A stretch of 64,000 nt of DNA from Clostridia bacterium (lineage in GTDB: Bacteria > Bacillota > Clostridia > Oscillospirales > Acutalibacteraceae), in assembly GCA_017473435.1 (NCBI GenBank), contig JAFULG010000002.1, positions 42,664 to 106,663 on the forward strand, given 5' to 3'. The position numbers were made by a program, and so were the translations under genes. This document shows, in pieces, positions 53,501 to 62,500 of the stretch. The first letter of the stretch is position 1. The number at the start of each line of letters is the position of its first letter. The notes below the pieces were generated by a model. The model saw only the letters and a list, made by a program, of their open reading frames with translations, did not search any database and was not told the DNA's origin.

Positions 53501-56500
53501 AGAAGAACAGCCGGTTCACTTCTCTACGATACAGAAACAGAAGCATATTATCGTGTTGTTGAAGTAAACGGAAAGAATACTACAATCCTCGTTGCTCAGA
53601 AGGAAGGAAAGCTCTGGGTTGACGATTTAGGCAACACTGTAAATAAGCCTGTAGATAAGGATGGCAAGATCACAACAATCGTTGGTGATACTCAGTACAC
53701 ACTTACAGGTCTTCTTCAGTTTGCTCTTGCAGACGGTCTTGTCAGCGGTTTCGTTGATACCTCCAAGATGGAAGGCATCCTCAAGACTATCCTTGATAAC
53801 GTAATGGGTCCCAACGCAACAGAAAATGTAGCTGCAATTCTCATCAAGCTTCTCAACAAGTATGTAATCACATACGAAGCTATAGAAGAACCTGCAGGTA
53901 TTGACACAGAAGGCAAGAGCTTTGCTGAATATCTCGACGCTCTTGTAGCAGCAGAAAATACAAAGGCTGAAGCTGAGGATGATTACACAGCAAAGACAGC
54001 TAAGGAAATCTATGCTGAGCTTGAAGAAAATAATGAGCTAAAGCTTGACCAGATTGCCGAAGCACTTACATACTTCAACAATGCTGTTGAATACGGTAAG
54101 TACGGTGTTGAAAAGGCTGAAGTACAGCTCGCTCTTAACAACATCCAGGCTCTCATTCCTGAAATCCTTGCACTTCTCAACGTTGGTTCACTTGAATCAC
54201 TTATTGCAGACAATCTCTACACAGATAATATCGCAAACCTTCTTGTAGGTCTTCTTGTAGGTCTCCTCGGCGGCCTTGACGATAAGACCTGGAACACCAT
54301 CACCGAAATCCTCGGCTATGTCAAGGATATCGTTGGTCTGAACATTGACATCAGTCCTGCAGCTTACGCTGTAAAAGACAATGTATTCAAGCCCTTTATT
54401 GATGCTGTAAATGTTGAAAGAGATGTTAAGAACGACGCTGGTGAAGTAACCGGTAAGGAACGTATTCCCGTTGAAGATCTTACATGGTCAGACGTTGCTA
54501 ACTTCTACACCAAGTACGAATACAAGTACGAAGTAGAAGCAGCTAAGGCAGCTGAAGGTGTTGAAGGCGAAGAAGGCTATAAGGCAGCAGTTCCCGCTAA
54601 GTTTGAAACTGTATGGCTTGCAGATGCAAATGCAACCAAGTACACACCTGCAGAAGGTGACCATGCAGGTACTGAATACGAACTCATCAAGGGTGAAACA
54701 ACCGAATATGAGTACAGCTACACAATTCCTGCAACTGAAGAAGGTAAGGAGGACGAAGTTAAGAAGTTCTTCTCAACTGACGACAAGCTTACCGAAACAA
54801 AGGTTGGCGAAACAACATATCCCGTAACAAAGACAGGCGAAACCAATGTTACTCATAACTCCAAGGTTGAATCAGACTTCGATTGGGGTATCGGTTCAGC
54901 TGACGGTCTTAATGCAAAGGCTGATAAGCTTGTTAAGGTAGTAACTGACCTTCTTAAGCCTCTCGACTGCGTACTTTCACTCCTGCTTGCAGGCGGTACC
55001 TACAACTTCGCAGAAACAAAGGCATACGGCGATTCACTCGGCGCATTTGAAGAAATCAACATCATGGGCGGTAGCGGCTACAACTATGCTATCATCCCGC
55101 TTCTTGAAGCTCTCAGCGTTCCTGCTGAAAGCATCAAGACTCAGGCAGAATACGAAGATACAATCGCAACAAAGGGTACACTCGGTTACATTCTCGAGAC
55201 TGTTCTCCATACTGTAAACGATAACCTCGACAAGCCTCTTGACTTCGTACTCGGTCTCTTTGCAAACCTTGCATACACAATCTCCAAGGACGGCGCAACA
55301 ACCTTCGTATCCAACCTCATTGCTCCTCTCAGTGAAGTAATCGAGGCAATCGAAGGCGTACTTCCCGTAGCTATCAAGATCAATCTTATGGCTCTTATGG
55401 ATGGCGGCAGCATTGCTGAAATCCTCCTTGGCAACGATGTAGCACTCAAGAAGGCTAAGGTAGGTCTTACTCTTGACCTTGACTGCGCAACTCTTGAAGA
55501 GCTCATTGCAAAGGTTCTCGCTAAGTTCGTATCAGGCTTTGATATCACAATCGACTTCGCAGAAATCGCTGCTAAGTCAGCAAAGCGTGACGAAATGGGC
55601 GGCATCGAATACAACAACTCCAAGGTAGATCCTGTGTGGGATATCTGCCTCGGTACACCCGGTAAGAATATCCAGGGCGATACAGCGGCCACAATAATAA
55701 CTCTTCTCGCAACAGTTATTACTTCTGAAAACATTGACGCACTTCTTAAGATGCTCAAGGTTGACCTCAGCACACTTCCCGTTGCTGTAACTGAGCTTAT
55801 TGATAAGGCAATTGATTCTCCTGATGTTCTCATCGGTGCAGTTATTAAGCTCCTTGCTTCTAACTACGATATCACAAGCATCATCAAAGAAATGTCATTC
55901 TACTTCCTTGGCGAAGCAGAGTATGATTACAAGAATATCGAAGGCGGACATAATGCCGTTAACAAGGCTATCGGCAAGTTCGACAGAATGATCAACAACC
56001 TCATTCCGAAGCTTCTTAAGCTCCTCGGTAATGAACTTGAAAAGCCCGTTGAGTTCATTAAGAATATCTATGTAGCTCTTGGCGAAGATGCAGAAGATGC
56101 TGACATCGCTGATGTAGTGGATTATCTCCTTAATGACTTCGTATTCAACGATGATATGATGAATACACTCCTCGGTCTTATCGTTGGTCTGCTTGGCGGT
56201 ATTGAAGCAAAGACCTTCAATACAATCGCTGATCTTGTTAACAAGATTCTTGGTATTGACCTTACTCCTGCCGGCGTAGCTGAAAAGTCCTACGGTGAAA
56301 TCGGTGCAGTTGCAAGCCTCATCGAAGCAGTTGCTGAAGAAGCAGGCAAGACTGTTAAGGAAATCACATGGGCTGAAATCGCAGCAGCATATACTAAGTA
56401 TGAATACAGGTATATGACAAAGGCAGCTGAAGGCGCACCTGATACAGAAGGCTATAAGGCTGCAGAATATGCAACCGTATACCTTGACGGTGCAGAGGAA

Positions 56501-59500
56501 ACAACCTACACCGTAAACGGCACAACATATGACCTTGAAAAGGTAACAAAGGACAACAAGCATGTAACTAAGTTTATTATCGAAGAAGCATGGGGCATCG
56601 CCGATAAGGACGACTTCCTCAAGATTGTCTACGAAATCACCGCAGTTGTTGAGCCTCTCCTTGCATTCCTCTTCAAGGGTGAAAACATCAATCTCTTTGT
56701 TGATACTCTCAGCCTCAAGGGTAACAACGGCTTCGAAAATGCTATCGTTCCTCTTGCAAAGGCACTCAATATCAAGCTTGCACATGAAGATGCAGATGAT
56801 TATGCAGATGCTAACGAAATGCTCAAGGCAGTTGTAAACGGTATCTTCGATCTCGTTAAGGATATCGAAAAGTCACCCATCTCAACAATTCTTGAACTCC
56901 TCGGCAGTGCATCCTACTTCATCGCAAACGACGGTGTTGCACTTGTTATCAACAACCTCATCAGCCCTGTTCTCGGTCTGCTTTCAATCTTCGAAAAGAA
57001 GACAAGCAAAATCGTAGACGGTGAAACTGTGGTTAAGAGCGAAGGTATCACAATGACTGATATCAACAAGCTTCTTAAGAGCCTCATCAAGATGGATCTT
57101 AACGACATCACAGGTATTGCAGGCGCTGACGGAAGCAAGCTCGTATCAATGATTAACGGTCTTCTTCCCAAGGTTTACCTTGAAGGCGAGGACGGTTCAA
57201 TCAGACTTGCAGAGCCTCTTCCCGCTAAGTTCTTTGAAAACATGAGCAAGTATGCTATCAACTACGACAGCCTTGATAAGGATGAAAAGGTTGATGCAAA
57301 CATCAGAAAACTTGCTGTAGAGAGATGGTCAGTTGATAAGGCAGACGTGCTTATGTATCTCCTTTCAACAGTTTGCTCCGACGAATTCCTCGCATTCCTT
57401 GGTGACCTTATTAAGGCAGAGGAAGGCACAATCCTCGGTGATCTTATCTTCGGTCTCTCCGGTGACGAAGATCTTGTAATCAACATCATCTCAATGCTTC
57501 TTAACAACTATAAGCTTGTATACAAGAAGTATGCACAGATTGATATTACAAAGATTGATGTTGTTCCCACAGAACCCTTCACTGACGAAAATCTTGCACA
57601 GGCAATCCAGGCAATCGACGGTCTTGTTCCTGCAATTATCGGCTTGTTCGTTAAGGATGCAGACTCACTCAAGGCGCTCGTTGAAAACCTTGTTGCCGAC
57701 GCAGATCTCGGTAACCTTCTCATGAATCTCCTTGTTCCTCTCCTTTCAGGTCTTGATATTGACGAAATCCTTGGCTATGTTAAGGAATTCAGCAACCTCA
57801 ATGTTAAGCTTGATCCTTCAGCATGGACAGCAAACGCTAACAGCGAAATTGCTAAGTTCATCCTTAAGGCTGATGCAGATGAAGACGGCAAGGTAACATG
57901 GAAGGAAGTAGAGGCATACTATACTCAGTATGAATTCACTTACACAATTCCCGCTACAACAGATACAGCAGCAAAGAACGTAACAGTTTATAAGCCCGCA
58001 GGCACAACAGAAATCGTTGTAGGCGAAGGCACAAATGCTGTTAAGTACAAACTTGCTCCTGTTTACGAGTACGAATACAAATACACCGTAACAACAGGTG
58101 AAGGCGAAGCTGCAAAGAAAGAAGAAAAGACTATCGTTCTTGCAGAAGCAGATCTTACCACAACAAAGATTGACAATAAGGATGTTGAAATTACCTTCAA
58201 CAGAAATATCCAGAAGTCAAAGATGGTAAGCGAATACAACTGGAATATCAAGACCTTCAATGATCTTAAGACATTTGCAGTTGACCTTCTCAAGCCTCTT
58301 GACGTAGTATTTGAGCTTCTCCTTGCAGGTGCAAACATCATCGTTGCTCCTGACAATACAACTGACGTTGAAGACGATAAGGCTCAGATCACCGTACGAG
58401 GTAGTGACGGCTACAACTTTGCAATCATTCCTCTCCTCGAGGCTATCGGTGCAAAGGATCTCAAGTCTCAGGCTGAATATGAGGCATTCTCAAAGAGGCC
58501 TGAAGTCGGTTCACACCTTGCATATATCCTTGATGTACTCTTTGCAGAGGTTGAGACAATTCTCAATGCTCCTGTATCAGAACTTATGTCAAGACTTGCA
58601 AACCTCTTCTACTTCATCGGCAACAACTCAATCAACGTTCTTGCAGATAACCTTCTTGCTCCTGTAAATACTCTTATTGCAGAAGTAGATCCCATCTTCC
58701 CGCTTGCAATCAACATTGATGTAAGCAAGGTTGGTGTAGAGGGTGCAAAGGTTCTTGAGCTCTTCCTCGGTAAGGCTCACGACGGCGTTGAAGCAGGTAT
58801 CCATGTAAATGTAGAAGCAAGTGCACTTGCAAATCTTCTCAACAACCTCCTTGCAGGTATAGAGATTAACGGTGCTAAGCTTGGTCTCAGCCTCGACCTT
58901 AACTGGATCGAAATCGCAAGAAAGATGGCTAAGACAAAGCTTCCCGACTCACAGAACACTACCGGTGCAGAAGTATCCAAGCTTGAATCAAGCATGGATT
59001 ACGAAGCTTACGAAAACGTTATCGGTACAACCGGATACACAGACGGCAAGTACTATAACATCGAAGGTAACGTAGTTGACACCTTTGTAACTCTCCTTCA
59101 GGTAATTCTCACTGAAGATAATACAGAAGCTATCAGTAACCTTGTAACAGGTCTCCTTAAGGATGCACCTCAGGAGGTTAAGGATATCCTCGACGGCATT
59201 CTTTCAGATCCCGATGCTATCGAAGAGCTTATCGGTGCAGTTGTTCTTCTCCTCACCGGCGAAGGCGCAATGAAGGATTATCCCTTAAGCTTCGTATTCA
59301 AGTACCTTGGCGAGCTTAACTACAACTACAGCACAATTAATGGCGGCGAAGCTGCAGTTAACAGTGCAATCAGTAAGTTTGATGCTATGATCGCCCGTGA
59401 GGCAGTCGGCGTAATCAAGATGTTCGGTGACACAACTGAAACAGATCAGACCAAGTGGACATTCTTTAACAAGATGTCAATGGCTCTTGAAGCTGACGAT

Positions 59501-62500
59501 ACTCTTGCTGACCTCGTAGCATGGCTCCTTGAAGAATTTGCCTTCACAGCAGCTAACTTTGATACAGTAATGGCTCTTCTCAACAATATCCTTGCTGACA
59601 ACATTACTGCAGATCTCTCAGGTATTATCTCAACAATTCTTCCCATCAACCTTATGCCTTACGAATTCGCAAAGGCTACAGGTAATACAGCTCTTCATGC
59701 ATACGTTGCAAAGGCATATGCAGCAGACGCAACAGAAGACGCTAAGAAGGCAGTAACATGGGCAGATGTACGTGACGCAAATGCAACAAGCAAGAAGAAC
59801 GGCGATAAGACAGAATGGACTTATGCAACAAGCTGGAACATTTCCGGTAAGGATGCATTCATCGGTGCATTCATCGACCTTCTCAAGCCTCTCAACCCGA
59901 TTCTTGACTTCCTGTTCGCAGGCAAGAACCTTAAGTTCAAAATCGACGGTGTTGAACTCTGGGGTGCAGACGGTTATGCTAATGCAATCGTTCCTCTTCT
60001 TAACGCTCTCGGTGCAAAGCAGCTTGGCGTAAATCTTCCTGCAGATGCAGCTAACACAACAGCCGCTCTCGGTTACATTGTTGATGCTCTCCTCGGTAAG
60101 GACGAAGCAATTACAGGCGGTCTTGATGACGAAGCTCAGATCACTCATATCAAGGGCGTTGTAGATGTAATCTGCGAAGCACCTCTTACCTCAATTCTCA
60201 CAATCGTAGGTAACCTCAGCTACTTCATTGCTAACGGTAACCTTGACGAGCTTATCCAAAACCTTGTAGCTCCTGTAATGGGTATCCTTGATCTCATCAA
60301 GCCTATCCTTCCCATCGGCGAGCTTGACAAGATTATCGAAGGTCTCGCAAAGATTACTCTTCCCGGCGGTAAGGCTCTCAATGTTACTAACATTATCAAC
60401 ATCGCAGGTGAAAAGGGTGAAGGTCTTGTAGCTCTTATCAATGAGCTCATCGGCACTCTCAAGGCATATGAAAAGACTCGTCTTGAGCTTGACGCAGACC
60501 ACAACATCGTTAAGTACACCTTTGCTGAAAAGGAAGCAGACAAGGATAACAAGTACATCGAGCTTACCGATGAAGAAGGTAACCTCACTAACGAATATGC
60601 AAAGGTACTTGAATCCAGTCAGATTGTTGAATACACTAAGGCACAGACTGAATTGTATCCTGATGCTGAATTTGTAGAACGCGATAAGACAGACGCTGAC
60701 GGTAAGGTTGTTACCGTAAAGGATGAAAATGGTAAAGATGTTCCTGTAAAGGTTTACTGGAGAGTAATTCAGTACATCAGCATTCTTCCTGAAGACTTCT
60801 TCGAGGATCTTTCAAGATACGTAGTTGAAAACAGCAAGTATGAGGATTCCTTCCGCGGTGAAGGCGACGAGGGCGACCCCGTTGACGAATGGACTATCAA
60901 TGCTGCTGAAGCACTTATGTATGTCCTTTCAACAGTTCTTGATTATGACTTCTTCTCAACTATCCTTAAGAAGATTGGTCTTAATCTCGGTGACGGTATC
61001 GGTCAAATCGTTGTATCAATGGCTGATAAGGAAAATGAGCTTATCGATGTAATCGTAATGCTCCTTAATAACTACGATGTTGTATACTCAAAGATTGAGC
61101 AGGCTCAGCTTCCCACTGATACTACCAAGACGGCAGCTCCCTATGCTTCCTTCGGTAAGAATGAGCAGAATGAGAACCTTCTCAATAATGAGAATACATC
61201 TAATGCAGTTGCAGCACTTGATCCTATTATCAACACTGTAGTTGCAATGCTTGCCGGCGGCAAGTCACTCGGCGGTCTTGTTGACGGACTTATAGCAGAT
61301 CTTGACGTTGCAAACCTTATCATGAACGCTCTTGTTCCCGTACTCGCAACTCTTGAAATTGATGAGATTCTTGCATACGTGAATGAGCTTACAAACATTC
61401 AGCTTACAACTCTTAATCCTTCACTCTGGACAGATAATGCAAATGTTAAGTTCGGTTCAGAACTTAAGAACTTCCTTAACGCTGTTCCCAAGAAGACAGA
61501 CGAGACAGGTAAGGAGCTTGCTCTTACATGGAAGGATGTAGCAGAATTCTACACCAAGTATGAATACACCTACACAATTCCTGCTAAGCAAGCAGTAGGC
61601 AAAGAGGGCGACAAGGACTTTGTAGCCGCAACAGAGGCTAAGACAGTAACAGTCTTCCTTGATGAAGGTGAAACAACAATTACGGTTGGTACCGAAAGCT
61701 ATGAGCTTACACCTGTATACACTTATGAGTACTATTATAATGATGCTGATAATAAGATTCAGAAGTACACTTCAACCACGGCAGGTCTTACAAAAGCCGA
61801 TGTAGACAACAATAAGGCTACAGCAGACGTTGAAGTAACCTACACCGGAAACAGCACACGCAACAAGAAGATGTACAGCGAGTTCAACTGGAATATCACC
61901 GGTCTTGACTCAACACTCATCAACTTTGTATGTGACCTTCTCCAGCCTCTTGATATCGTATTCCAGATTCTTCTCAGAGGCGAAAATATCAAGGCTCTTG
62001 AAGATACTTCAGCAGATCGTGCTGACATCAGAATCATGGGTGGCTTAGGCTACAATTACGCTATTATCCCGCTTCTTGAAGCATTCGGTGCAACAGGTCT
62101 TAAGACTCAGACTGAATATGATACTTATTCAAAAGAACAGGGCTCATCACTCAAGTATGTGCTTGAAGCACTTATCGGCGAAGTAGATAAGATTCTTGCT
62201 TCACCTCTCAATGAGCTTCTTTCAAGACTTGCAAACCTCTTCTACTTCATTGGTAGCGACGGAATCAACACAGTTGCTAATAACCTCCTTGCTCCTCTCA
62301 ATACTCTTATTGAAGAAGTTGACGACCTTGTTCCTCTTGCAATCAATATTGACATCAGTAAGATTGCAGCAGGTGAAGGCATAGGTCTCTACCTTCTTAA
62401 GGAACATGAAGGCGTTCCCGCAGGTATCACTGTAAATGTTGCAGGCGCTGACCTTGCAGAGCTCATCAACGGTCTTATTGGCGACCTTAAGATCGGCGAC

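Noticed and set aside
48994-60148. Minus-strand ORFs of 150-296 aa inside the giant gene (48994-49620, 50915-51562, 55186-55833, 55895-56785, 59630-60148; also 63085-63534).
   Set aside because: These are antisense shadow ORFs of a strongly codon-biased gene. Their translations are low-complexity Ser/Arg/Cys/Leu-rich strings with no RBS or motif, and each fully overlaps the uninterrupted plus-strand frame.
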